From the NCBI GenBank assembly GCA_011524535.1, contig WTKD01000013.1, positions 77,371 through 141,370 of the forward strand: a stretch of 64,000 nt of DNA, written 5' to 3'. A program made the position numbers and the translations under genes. The notes under the pieces are model-generated. The model was not told the DNA's origin. It saw only the letters and a program-made list of their open reading frames with translations, and did not search any database. Positions within the stretch are counted from its first letter, which is position 1, and each line of letters opens with the position of its first letter. The stretch comes from Spirochaetaceae bacterium. GTDB lineage: Bacteria > Spirochaetota > Spirochaetia > WTKD01. Of this stretch, positions 1 to 9,115 are shown piece after piece.

Positions 1-1
1 G

Positions 2-754
2 GATATTCATGGCATGCTCGATGAATGTCTTTTGTTGCTTGATGAAATACACCGACACCATGCAAATACATCTGGAACAATAACTATATTCGCAGTGGGA
101 GATCTGGTTGATCGAGGTCCTCAAACAGCAAAAACTATAGAATTTTTAGCTGACAAGTCCAATGGGATACGTAGCGTTCAAGGAAATCATGATACCTGGT
201 TCTGTGCTTGCATGAAAGAGATGTCATCTTCCAAACCGCCAAAACTGATATACGATTGGCTTAGACAGGGCGGTATGGAAACACTAGCATCCTACGTTCC
301 AGAACACCTTATAAAAAAAATCATCTCAGATGATTCGCCGGCTCTTTTTGATCTCATAGCATCCCATATACCAGAACATCATATTTCATTCCTAAAACAA
401 TTACCTCTTATGCTTGAAAACGACGTATGCATAGTAACTCATGCTCTTTGTACTCCTCGATACTATGCATTACTCAAGCAATACGATCAGAAAAAAATCC
501 CAGAATACATTCAACTCTTTGTTCAATGGAATAGAGATGCTCCAGATGCACCTATCTCGCGAGAAAAAATACATATATCGGGACATACTCCCGTTCAAAA
601 TGCATTGCTATTCGAAAAAACAAACGCAATAAATATAGATACCGGAGCGGTTTTCGGCGGGAAATTGAGCGCAGTATGTGTAGAAACGCTCGAAGTTTTA
701 AGTGTAGATGCTAAATCTCATCAATTTGTTCAAATACGCTTAACAATTCGGTAA
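2..754 (+). CDS. Metallophosphoesterase, PPP-family Ser/Thr phosphatase / ApaH-like (5' end truncated by window edge)
   Basis: Frame is open to the window start. Nucleotides 2-13 encode DIHG (part of the GDxHG motif), followed by GDLVDRGP and GNHD metallophosphatase signatures. Confidence 0.6.
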   Translation, partial: DIHGMLDECLLLLDEIHRHHANTSGTITIFAVGDLVDRGPQTAKTIEFLADKSNGIRSVQGNHDTWFCACMKEMSSSKPPKLIYDWLRQGGMETLASYVPEHLIKKIISDDSPALFDLIASHIPEHHISFLKQLPLMLENDVCIVTHALCTPRYYALLKQYDQKKIPEYIQLFVQWNRDAPDAPISREKIHISGHTPVQNALLFEKTNAINIDTGAVFGGKLSAVCVETLEVLSVDAKSHQFVQIRLTIR

Positions 755-1184
755 GACTCATCGCAGCATCATATCCCTTGTTTCCTCCCTTTCCTCCACA
801 CCTATCTAAAGCCTGTTCAAGAGATTCCGTCGTTAATATGCCAAATACAATCGGTACATTCGTAGCTAATCCTACCTGTAATATACCCGCTGCTGCCTGT
901 CCAGCTACGTAATCGAAATGAGACGTTTCTCCGCGTATCACACAACCAAGGCCTATAATTCCATCGTATTTCTTTGTCAAAGCAAGTCGCTGTGCGGTAA
1001 GAGGGATTTCAAAAGCGCCGGGAACATGAACACATTCGCTAATCGCTAATGAATATTTTGCAAGAGCTTTCTCCGCGCCTTGTATGAGTTTTTCTACAAT
1101 AAGTTCATTAAAATCGCTTGCAACAACGGCTATCTTCTTTGAATTCGTCAATGCTTTTGCCCGTATCTTCGTATAATTACTCAT
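711..1184 (-). CDS. ribH: 6,7-dimethyl-8-ribityllumazine synthase
   Basis: 157 aa; typical RibH length and motifs (KIAVVASDFNELI, GAFEIP, GCVIRGETSHFDYV). Confidence 0.9.
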   Translation of the reverse strand: MSNYTKIRAKALTNSKKIAVVASDFNELIVEKLIQGAEKALAKYSLAISECVHVPGAFEIPLTAQRLALTKKYDGIIGLGCVIRGETSHFDYVAGQAAAGILQVGLATNVPIVFGILTTESLEQALDRCGGKGGNKGYDAAMSLTELLSVFEQIDEI

Positions 1185-2434
1185 TCTGATATCGCTCTCT
1201 GGTATGCTAGCATATCCGCAATACTAATCAAATGCATGTGATGTTTTTTTGCGAATGCCTGAAGTTCTTTAAATCGCATTGGATTTCCTTGCTCATCTAA
1301 TATTTCACATATCACTCCTGCCGCTGTATATCCTGCAGCCTCTGCGAGAAATATGGCAGCTTCAGTGTGCCCTTGTCTCTTTTTCAATCCTCCCGAATTG
1401 GCAAGAAGCGGAAAGATGTGCCCAGGTTTGACAAAATCCTCTGCACGTGATTGTGGATCTCCCAGTAATCGCATGCAATGTGCACGTTCTTCTGAAGATA
1501 TCCCTGTTTTGGTTCCTTTTCTTGCATCGACGCTAATCGTGTACATCGTATTGTGCAAAGAGGTATTGTCTGATGTCATAGGAAAAAGATCCAGAGATTT
1601 TGCAATATCTGCAGATATAGGAGCACAGATCAGACCGCTTCCTTTTTTTGCCATGAAGGTAACATCTTTTGCAGTCACTCGCTGGGCCGGCACAAAGAAA
1701 TCACCTTCATTTTCACGGGTAGCCTCATCAAATATTATGATCATCTCACCTTGACGGATAGCTTCAAGACAATTTCCTACCTTTTGTATGGCAACACGGT
1801 CGGCCACAAATGTTCCACTCTCTGATCCGAGAGGAGCTCCAATTTCTTCCCTACCTACAGTATTCTGATGCGTAGCATATCGGGACAATACATCGCACTC
1901 TATATTGACGCTTTCATCTTCTTTCAATTCTGAAAGATTGGTTCGCGAAAGAGTCTCTGGTATTAGATGTATCTCTATCAGAGTTGCATGCAATTTTGCA
2001 ATAGTGAGGCTAACCCCATTTATTGCAATCGAACCACCTTCAATACAATGTGTATGCAATTCCTTTTCTAAGGTAATTTTAATGATGCCGCTTGTGTTAT
2101 CTATCGAAGCAACAACACCCCTGCCATCAACATGACCCTGAACTATATGACCTCCCAAACGCCCATTGAATGCAAGTGGACGCTCCAAATTCACCGTTCT
2201 ATTTTCGAAAAATGATGATATAGTTGTTTTCTCGATGGTCGCAGGTAAGACATCGAAATATACAGTTCCTTTTTCAATATGCTGAACGGTCATACACACA
2301 CCATCTACAGCTAGTGATTCTCCCACATCGAGTAGTTCACTAAAGGTTCCAAGATCAAGCGATAATTGCAGATGTGTCTTGTTTCTCTGAACAGAACGTA
2401 CCCTGCCTTGAGCTTCTATAAGTCCACTAAACAT
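1181..2434 (-). CDS. Fusion of riboflavin synthase (RibE, two lumazine-binding repeats) and 3,4-dihydroxy-2-butanone 4-phosphate synthase (RibB); no GTP cyclohydrolase II domain
   Basis: N-terminal MFSGLIE followed by duplicated GESLAVDGVCMTV and GGSIAINGVSLTI repeats (RibE). C-terminal half carries DHBP synthase motifs (MIIIFDEATRENEGDFFVPAQ, RQGHTEA). Total 417 aa = about 200 + 215. ATGA-type overlap with ribH. Confidence 0.8.
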   Translation of the reverse strand: MFSGLIEAQGRVRSVQRNKTHLQLSLDLGTFSELLDVGESLAVDGVCMTVQHIEKGTVYFDVLPATIEKTTISSFFENRTVNLERPLAFNGRLGGHIVQGHVDGRGVVASIDNTSGIIKITLEKELHTHCIEGGSIAINGVSLTIAKLHATLIEIHLIPETLSRTNLSELKEDESVNIECDVLSRYATHQNTVGREEIGAPLGSESGTFVADRVAIQKVGNCLEAIRQGEMIIIFDEATRENEGDFFVPAQRVTAKDVTFMAKKGSGLICAPISADIAKSLDLFPMTSDNTSLHNTMYTISVDARKGTKTGISSEERAHCMRLLGDPQSRAEDFVKPGHIFPLLANSGGLKKRQGHTEAAIFLAEAAGYTAAGVICEILDEQGNPMRFKELQAFAKKHHMHLISIADMLAYQRAISE

Positions 2435-3546
2435 GTTGGATTATAGCACTCCACATGCATGCCGTCATCACGAGGCATCCACCGGGTTAGATATCGTTGT
2501 GCGTCTTTCATAGAAATAATAGGTTCTTCCATTTCTGGAAATACCGATACACCGGTTCCTAGTATCATGGGAGAAATATATACACTGAGGCGATCCCATA
2601 ATCCCAATTCTAGACAAGCCTTTGCCACTCGCCGTCCCCCTTCGAGCAACACACTCGTTATTCCCATTTCGTATAATCGTTCAACACTATGCGCCAGAAA
2701 GCTTTTTAGCGACCGCCCATAGTGCAAGGGTATTTCAATACACTCAACCGATGCCCGCGTGAGCATTTCTATTTTTTTGAACTGTGCTTTGATTGATGAT
2801 TCCGAGATGAAAAGCACGGTTTTTGTTTCGCATGCTGTTTCCACTATATGAGCATCAATGGGTGTTGATGCATTATGATCAAGAATAATCCTCGCTGGAT
2901 TTGGTCCCTCAACATGTCTGACCGTTAATAATGGATTATCTTTTCTAACCGTGGCGGCTCCAACCATTACAGACTGATATCTCGCTCGCAGGCTATGCAC
3001 TTCTTTACGTGCCTCCGATCCGCTGATCCATTTAGAATCACCATTGTTAAGAGACATTACTCCATCAAGAGACATAGCAATTTTGAGATGAATAAAATTT
3101 TTTTTAAAATATGTGTTTGTTATATATGCTTGATTCATCAGCATGGCGTCCTGTTTGCACAAACCTTCGGTAACCGTGACGCCGTTCTTTCTAAGTAATT
3201 CGATTCCCTTCCCATGTACTTTTTTGTTTGGATCTTTGTGTGCAATGTGGACTTCTCTTATGCCAGCTGCAAGAATCGCATCTGTGCAGGGGGGGTGTTT
3301 TTTTCCTTTCCAGCGGGTAGCGCAGGGCTCCAATGTTACGTACATCGTTGATCCCTGAGTGTTTCTTCCTGCAGCTCTAATCGCTTCTATTTCAGCGTGT
3401 GCCCCCCCGTATCTTTGATGATACCCCGTACCTATAATTACATCGTTTTTGACTATAACCGCACCTACAAGCGGATTTGGAGCAACATATGACATACCTT
3501 TTTCGGCCAGACGAAGTGCTTCCATCATATACTGCGTATCTTTCAT
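2416..3546 (-). CDS. ribD: Bifunctional diaminohydroxyphosphoribosylaminopyrimidine deaminase / 5-amino-6-(5-phosphoribosylamino)uracil reductase
   Basis: CMP/dCMP deaminase zinc motif (HAEIEAI ... LEPCA) then a RibD reductase C-domain. 376 aa. Overlaps the RibE-RibB fusion by 19 nt. Confidence 0.9.
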   Translation of the reverse strand: MKDTQYMMEALRLAEKGMSYVAPNPLVGAVIVKNDVIIGTGYHQRYGGAHAEIEAIRAAGRNTQGSTMYVTLEPCATRWKGKKHPPCTDAILAAGIREVHIAHKDPNKKVHGKGIELLRKNGVTVTEGLCKQDAMLMNQAYITNTYFKKNFIHLKIAMSLDGVMSLNNGDSKWISGSEARKEVHSLRARYQSVMVGAATVRKDNPLLTVRHVEGPNPARIILDHNASTPIDAHIVETACETKTVLFISESSIKAQFKKIEMLTRASVECIEIPLHYGRSLKSFLAHSVERLYEMGITSVLLEGGRRVAKACLELGLWDRLSVYISPMILGTGVSVFPEMEEPIISMKDAQRYLTRWMPRDDGMHVECYNPTCLVDL

Positions 3547-3654
3547 GCTCTTTCATTGTATGTGAATTGTTGTTTTTACACACCAAAATCTTATATCCAC
3601 AGGTCTATACATGAACAAGGCTGACACCGTAGAATATGTATAAAAGGAGATACA

Positions 3655-4656
3655 ATGAATAAAATTATTACTATACTAACAATCTTGTTGGTAGCGTCTT
3701 CCTTCGCATTCGCTGCGGGGGAGAGTGAAGGTGCAAACGCAAGAAAATACGTTACCATCGGTACAGGTGGTGTTACAGGTGTGTATTACCCAGTTGGTGG
3801 AGCTATCAGCAGAATTCTCAACCAACAATCGGATGCATACAATGTCAAGGCAACCGTTGAATCGACCGGTGGTTCGGTATTCAACATAAACACCGTGCTA
3901 AATGGTGGTCTTGAATTTGGAATTGCCCAGTCTGATCGCCAATACCAGGCAATCAACGGGATGGCCGAATGGGAAGAAGCCGGTTCGCAGGAAGGTTTGC
4001 GATCTGTCTTTTCCCTACACGCAGAATCGGTAACCCTTGTTGCTTCATCTGCTAGTGGAATCAATGGTATCAGCGACCTCGCGGGCAAAAGAGTAAACTT
4101 GGGAAATGTCGGTTCAGGACAGCTTCAGAACGCACGAGATCTACTCGAAGTATTCTCAATCACAGAATCCGACCTACAACCAGAATTTGTACGTGCAGCT
4201 GACGCTCCATCTCTCTTACAAGATGGTCGAATTGATGCATTCTTCTATACAGTTGGTCATCCAAGTGGAACCATCACCGAAGCCACCACAGGAAGGGTTC
4301 CTGTTAGCATCGTAAGTATCGCAGGATCTGAAGTCAGTGGTCTCATTGCTGAGAAACCATACTACTCGACCTCAACAATCCCTGCTTCATACTATCCCAA
4401 TGCAGAAAACACCGCAGACGCCAATACCATTGGTGTTCTCGCAACCCTCATTACACGTGAGAGCTTGGACGATGACATTGTGTATGCACTTACCAAAGAA
4501 GTTATGGAAAATCTTGATGATTTCCGTGCACTACATCCTGCACTCGCCCTACTTACTCCAGAAAGTATGCTAGGCGGACTGTCTGCACCTCTTCATGCTG
4601 GTGCCCTTCGTTACTACGACGAAATTGGTCTAGAAGTTCCAGCAGCCCTTCGTTAG
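3655..4656 (+). CDS. TRAP transporter solute receptor, TAXI family
   Basis: Signal peptide followed by the TIGTGGVTGVYYPVGG TAXI signature. RBS AAGGAG sits upstream of the ATG. Confidence 0.8.
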   Translation: MNKIITILTILLVASSFAFAAGESEGANARKYVTIGTGGVTGVYYPVGGAISRILNQQSDAYNVKATVESTGGSVFNINTVLNGGLEFGIAQSDRQYQAINGMAEWEEAGSQEGLRSVFSLHAESVTLVASSASGINGISDLAGKRVNLGNVGSGQLQNARDLLEVFSITESDLQPEFVRAADAPSLLQDGRIDAFFYTVGHPSGTITEATTGRVPVSIVSIAGSEVSGLIAEKPYYSTSTIPASYYPNAENTADANTIGVLATLITRESLDDDIVYALTKEVMENLDDFRALHPALALLTPESMLGGLSAPLHAGALRYYDEIGLEVPAALR

Positions 4657-4671
4657 GGTTTTTGAGTTCAT

Positions 4672-4708
4672 ATATCCTCGGTCTCTAGAGACTGAGGATA
4701 TTATTTTT
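4672..4708 (+). terminator. Intrinsic terminator/attenuator between the TAXI receptor and permease genes
   Basis: About 13-bp stem (ATATCCTCGGTCTC / GAGACTGAGGATAT, one G-U pair) followed by TTATTTTT. Confidence 0.6.
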
Positions 4709-4734
4709 ACCATATAAAAGTCAGGACCTTTACC

Positions 4735-6900
4735 ATGAACAAGTTGTCTACACTATCAGTGTATCTGCAGGAAACTTCTCTCTCTTCACAGTTATCCTTA
4801 CCTCGAACACTAAAGAACGGAACAATTATTTTTATTTCATCCATTGCCTTTGCGTGGACTGTTTTTCAATTATTGATCGCAACAGTACTTACCTTGGATG
4901 ATATTGTCAGCAAAGCCGTGCACCTAACATTTGCATTGATACTGCTGTTTGCAGTTATGCCTATCAAAAAACAGAAAGATTCTAATCCCCCAATTTCTCT
5001 AAATAAAAAAAATTGGATCCAAAGATTTTTTCATTCCTATGGCTCGATCCCATTGTTAGACGTACTTCTTTGCATATTGTCGGTGTTCGCTGTCTTATAT
5101 CTCCCTGTAAATTTACAAGAATTATCACTAAGAGCTGGGAACCCCCAACCCATCGATATTCTCATGGGAAGCTTGTTTGTTATCATAGTTCTAGAGGCTA
5201 GCAGGCGTTCAGTTGGCCTTCCCATGACAATACTGGTGATTGTGCTCGCTCTGTGGGCGTTTTTTGGAACCTATATGCCTCGCCCTTTTGATTTTCAAAG
5301 CGTTAGCCTCAATAAATTTATGGAGAAAGTCTCGGTATCCACCGAAGGGATCTTTGGAATACCCTTGTATGTTGCAACATACACCGTGTTTCTTTTTGTT
5401 CTATTTGGAACATTACTTGAACGTTTCGGTGCAGGCCAATTTTTTAACGACGTAGCAATCGCAATGCTGGGTCGATATCGGGGGGGGCCTGCAAAAGCCG
5501 CGGTTATTTCAAGCGGACTTTCGGGAATGGTCTCTGGGTCGAGCATTGCAAACGTGGTAACTACTGGAACAGTAACCATACCATTGATGAAAAAAGCTGG
5601 ATTTCCAGCTCGAATAGCAGCTGCCACCGAAGTTGCTGCTAGTACCAATGGACAACTCATGCCACCCATAATGGGTGCTGCCGCATTTATCATCGCTGAA
5701 TATATAGGGATAGGATATTCCTCTGTTGTTCGTGCTGCCATCATTCCTGCGATTACTTCTTATATCGCATTGTTCTACATAGTCCATCTCGAAGCCTATA
5801 AATTGAATCTTGCTCCTCTAAAAAGCGAATATATCCCCAATCTGTGGAAAGTCTTCAGTAAAGGATGGTATCAGCTCATTCCTATCCTTGTCTTGATTAC
5901 ACTCCTCGTCATGCGCTTTTCTCCAAGCCTTTCGGTCACGATAGCTATCTTTACTCTCCTTGCTACCATGTACGTAAAAGAAATTGTGGTAAGTCAGAAA
6001 ACAAATCAGAGCACAGGAAAGAATTTACTCGCTCTGACAAAAACTAGCTATTTCTCATTGGTTCAAGGTGCTATAAATATGATACCGGTAACCTTGGCCA
6101 CAGCAGCTGCGGGTATTATAGTCGGCATAGTAAACATGGGAATTGGAGGATTGCTCATACAAATAGTTGAGCAAATTTCATTTGGAAACTTCTTTCTTCT
6201 GTTATTTTTTATCGCAATGTTTAGTTTATTGATTGGTATGGGTTTGCCAACTACTGCAACCTATATTGTTATGGCAACGATTACTGTACCCATTATGAAA
6301 GATCTTGGAGCCCTGTACGGATTTGGTATTCCGCTCATAGCAGCTCATCTCTATTGTTTCTATTTTGGAATTATAGCAGATGATACCCCTCCCGTAGGAC
6401 TCGCAGCATATGCCGCCGCGGCTATTGCAAAAACAAACCCCATTCCCGTCGGTATAACAGGATTCGTCTACGATTTACGGACCGCCGTAATACCATTCGT
6501 GTTTGTTCTCAACCCAATTTTCATCCTCGAAGGAGTTACCGGTCTTGTTCCAAGCCTTGCAGTATTCGCAATAGCCGTTCTCGGAGGGCTTACTTTCACA
6601 AATTTTATACAGGGGTATTTTATAATCAAAAATAAATGGTATGAAAGCGTCCTTCTCCTTGCAACATCCGCGTTATTTTATTTATCACGAGTATTCGTTG
6701 TACGTTTACAAGAAATGGTCTCTGCCGGCAGTGAATCATCCATTGGTTTTTTCCAGAACTTCGTTATCGAACATCCATTCGGGACAGAATTAGTATTGTA
6801 TGGAATTGCCTTCGTTCTTTATGGAGTGGTATTTATTCTACAGCGCATACGAAAAATCGTTGATCTTCCCTACAAAGAGAAAGCGAATCCTGAGACGTAA
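4735..6900 (+). CDS. TRAP transporter fused 4TM/12TM permease (TAXI type)
   Basis: 721-aa polytopic membrane protein immediately downstream of the TAXI receptor; typical fused DctQM-like architecture. Confidence 0.85.
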   Translation: MNKLSTLSVYLQETSLSSQLSLPRTLKNGTIIFISSIAFAWTVFQLLIATVLTLDDIVSKAVHLTFALILLFAVMPIKKQKDSNPPISLNKKNWIQRFFHSYGSIPLLDVLLCILSVFAVLYLPVNLQELSLRAGNPQPIDILMGSLFVIIVLEASRRSVGLPMTILVIVLALWAFFGTYMPRPFDFQSVSLNKFMEKVSVSTEGIFGIPLYVATYTVFLFVLFGTLLERFGAGQFFNDVAIAMLGRYRGGPAKAAVISSGLSGMVSGSSIANVVTTGTVTIPLMKKAGFPARIAAATEVAASTNGQLMPPIMGAAAFIIAEYIGIGYSSVVRAAIIPAITSYIALFYIVHLEAYKLNLAPLKSEYIPNLWKVFSKGWYQLIPILVLITLLVMRFSPSLSVTIAIFTLLATMYVKEIVVSQKTNQSTGKNLLALTKTSYFSLVQGAINMIPVTLATAAAGIIVGIVNMGIGGLLIQIVEQISFGNFFLLLFFIAMFSLLIGMGLPTTATYIVMATITVPIMKDLGALYGFGIPLIAAHLYCFYFGIIADDTPPVGLAAYAAAAIAKTNPIPVGITGFVYDLRTAVIPFVFVLNPIFILEGVTGLVPSLAVFAIAVLGGLTFTNFIQGYFIIKNKWYESVLLLATSALFYLSRVFVVRLQEMVSAGSESSIGFFQNFVIEHPFGTELVLYGIAFVLYGVVFILQRIRKIVDLPYKEKANPET

Positions 6901-6911
6901 CGAAGGGCTCC

Positions 6912-7670
6912 TTAGGCCGGCAGGTCGGGTTTTCGTTCTAGATATGAGCGCCTTTCAATTTCTGGAAGACGCTCTATAGCATATCGAAGCATTGTTCTGG
7001 GCATTATGAGTACATGCTCATCGAGAAACGATCGCAAAGCATAGATATCGACTTTCCCAGCTTCTCTAAGCATCCAACCCACAGCCTTGTGTATGAGGTC
7101 CTCAGGGTCTCGCAATAATTTTTTTGCAAAATGAGTGCATGTAGCTGTGTCTCCATATTTTATGAATCGATATGTCGTTATCATCGCTATACGTCTATCC
7201 CATATACTTGGAGAACATAACAAATCTTCCAAGGGCTTCTTATCACGAGATAGAAACCATGGCCCTAATATCTTATGACAACTTGCATCAACAAGATCCC
7301 AATTATTGAATCGATCCCGTTTATTCATATACAGATCTACAATATTTTTACGCATACTGTCCGATGTGATTCGAGCATATTGATACGTAAGAATAATACC
7401 TGCTGTCAAACGAATTTCGTGAAAAGGATTATCCAAGATCTTTTCAATAATTGCAAGCGGAGTCTGTGTATATTTTTTTGCGATTTTCCTGATTTCAGGA
7501 ACAGAAATCCCCATGAGTTGATCCCCTTCCCCGTATTCCCCAGCTCCGGTCTTAAAAAATCGTTTTAAAAATATAGCTTTCTCTGGATTACGGAAGCGTT
7601 CAAGCTCGGAATATATTGGTTCCTCTGACATTGTTGCATCGTAGAGAAATTCTTTTTTACGACCATTCAT
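6912..7670 (-). CDS. DNA alkylation repair enzyme-like protein (AlkD/AlkC HEAT-repeat family)
   Basis: 252 aa with AlkD-like N-terminal motif (ELERFRNPEKAIFLKRFFKTGAGEYGEGDQLMGISVPEIRKIAKKY). 4-nt overlap with trkH. Confidence 0.55.
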   Translation of the reverse strand: MNGRKKEFLYDATMSEEPIYSELERFRNPEKAIFLKRFFKTGAGEYGEGDQLMGISVPEIRKIAKKYTQTPLAIIEKILDNPFHEIRLTAGIILTYQYARITSDSMRKNIVDLYMNKRDRFNNWDLVDASCHKILGPWFLSRDKKPLEDLLCSPSIWDRRIAMITTYRFIKYGDTATCTHFAKKLLRDPEDLIHKAVGWMLREAGKVDIYALRSFLDEHVLIMPRTMLRYAIERLPEIERRSYLERKPDLPA

Positions 7671-9115
7671 GTATTTTTCCTTACAAACAATAATATGATG
7701 GTATATAATTCTAATCGCCCCAACAGCATTACCAGGGCAAGATACAGCTTGAGAATGGGAGAAAATGCGCTGTAATTTGCTGCTGGCCCAACCCCGGCAA
7801 ATCCTGGACCAATATTTCCTATAACGGCCAAAGACCCACTAATCGCGGTAAGTAGATCGGCCCCGTCTGCAGCTATGGCAAGAACGGTTATCAAAGCAAA
7901 CACCGCATACAAGAAAAGAAATCCACTAACACTCTGTACGGTTTCATCATCTATTGTGTTTTGACCTATTTGAAAACTGGTGATCGCACGCGGGTAAATC
8001 ATCTTTCGCATGCTATACCGTGCCTGACGAGCCATAACCAAAAGACGAATCACCTTGACTCCACCTCCCGTAGACCCAGCACAACCTCCCACCAGCATCA
8101 ATAAAAACAGTACTGCCTGTGCAATCATCGGCCATGTAGAATAATCGGTGGTAGCATATCCCGTTGTGGTGAGTATAGAAGCACTCTGAAACGTAGCGTC
8201 CATAATTCCACCACCTATCGAGTCTCCACCAGAAAAAATAAGTGCACCAGCGATGATCGCACTAGAAATCAAGAAAATAAGCAAATAGACTCTCAGTTCG
8301 ATATCTTTCAAAATGCCTTGAATGTTTCCCCGAAGCAATCTGGTATACACTGCAAAATTAACACCAGCCAAAACCATGAATATGGTAATAATAGAACGAA
8401 CAAATGGAGATGTATAATACCCAATGCTCGCATTTTTTGTCGAAAATCCTCCAGTAGCAAGGGTTCCAAAAGTGTGTGTCAACGCCTCCAAGAAATCCAA
8501 CCCCGCAATACGCAAAAAGATTACCTCTAACACGGTCAGTCCTAAATATGAAATCCACAAAATCTTTGCCGATCTCCCGATCGTATGTGTGGTTCTTTCC
8601 ACCGTTGGACCGGGGGTTTCACCCATCATAAGTTTCAGCCTATCTACTCCGAGCATAGGCAATACAGCAACGGTAAGAACAACTATTCCCATACCTCCAA
8701 GCCAATGGGTTGAGGATCTCCAAAAAAGAATTGAATACGGGAGTGTCTCTATGTCGGTGAGAATAGAGGCCCCAGTCGTGGTTAAACCAGACATGGATTC
8801 AAAAAATGCGTCAGAAAAACTAGGTATCGCTCCACTAATGAGAAAGGGGATCATCCCCACAAGCGCAGAGCCCAACCAGCCAATCACGACTACAACAAAG
8901 GATGTGCGAATGTTCATTGATTTGCTTTGTTGAATGCCCTTTCTCTTTGTCCGCAGCATGAGAAAACAGATTATAAAAATCGGAATAAGAATGAGCATAG
9001 GGAGTAAAAATGGGCGAATACTCTCTCCCAGAAACAGTGCAACGCATAGCGGAACTCCAAGGAATATGGCCATCAAAGTATAGATTACGCACAAAACCTG
9101 TACTATACTCTTCAT
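7667..9115 (-). CDS. trkH: Trk-type K+ uptake membrane subunit
   Basis: 482-aa polytopic protein with repeated TTTG/GGF selectivity-filter-like segments (LTTTGASI, LATGGFS, LTTTGYAT). ATGA overlap with trkA. Confidence 0.85.
   Translation of the reverse strand: MKSIVQVLCVIYTLMAIFLGVPLCVALFLGESIRPFLLPMLILIPIFIICFLMLRTKRKGIQQSKSMNIRTSFVVVVIGWLGSALVGMIPFLISGAIPSFSDAFFESMSGLTTTGASILTDIETLPYSILFWRSSTHWLGGMGIVVLTVAVLPMLGVDRLKLMMGETPGPTVERTTHTIGRSAKILWISYLGLTVLEVIFLRIAGLDFLEALTHTFGTLATGGFSTKNASIGYYTSPFVRSIITIFMVLAGVNFAVYTRLLRGNIQGILKDIELRVYLLIFLISSAIIAGALIFSGGDSIGGGIMDATFQSASILTTTGYATTDYSTWPMIAQAVLFLLMLVGGCAGSTGGGVKVIRLLVMARQARYSMRKMIYPRAITSFQIGQNTIDDETVQSVSGFLFLYAVFALITVLAIAADGADLLTAISGSLAVIGNIGPGFAGVGPAANYSAFSPILKLYLALVMLLGRLELYTIILLFVRKNT

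Noticed and set aside
1353-1754. 133-aa plus-strand ORF, plus many similar 60-200-aa ORFs such as 8424..8933, 41136..41729, 51964..52440, 55060..55383.
   Set aside because: They lie entirely antisense or out-of-frame within strongly supported long CDSs and have low-complexity, Ser/Cys/Pro-rich translations, so they are frame artefacts.
3547-3654. Looked for an FMN (RFN) riboswitch in the ribD leader (minus strand).
   Set aside because: Only about 108 nt, AT-rich, and lacking the conserved GGGCAGGGTGAAATTCC / CCGACGG-type core. More likely a plain divergent promoter region shared with the TAXI-TRAP operon.
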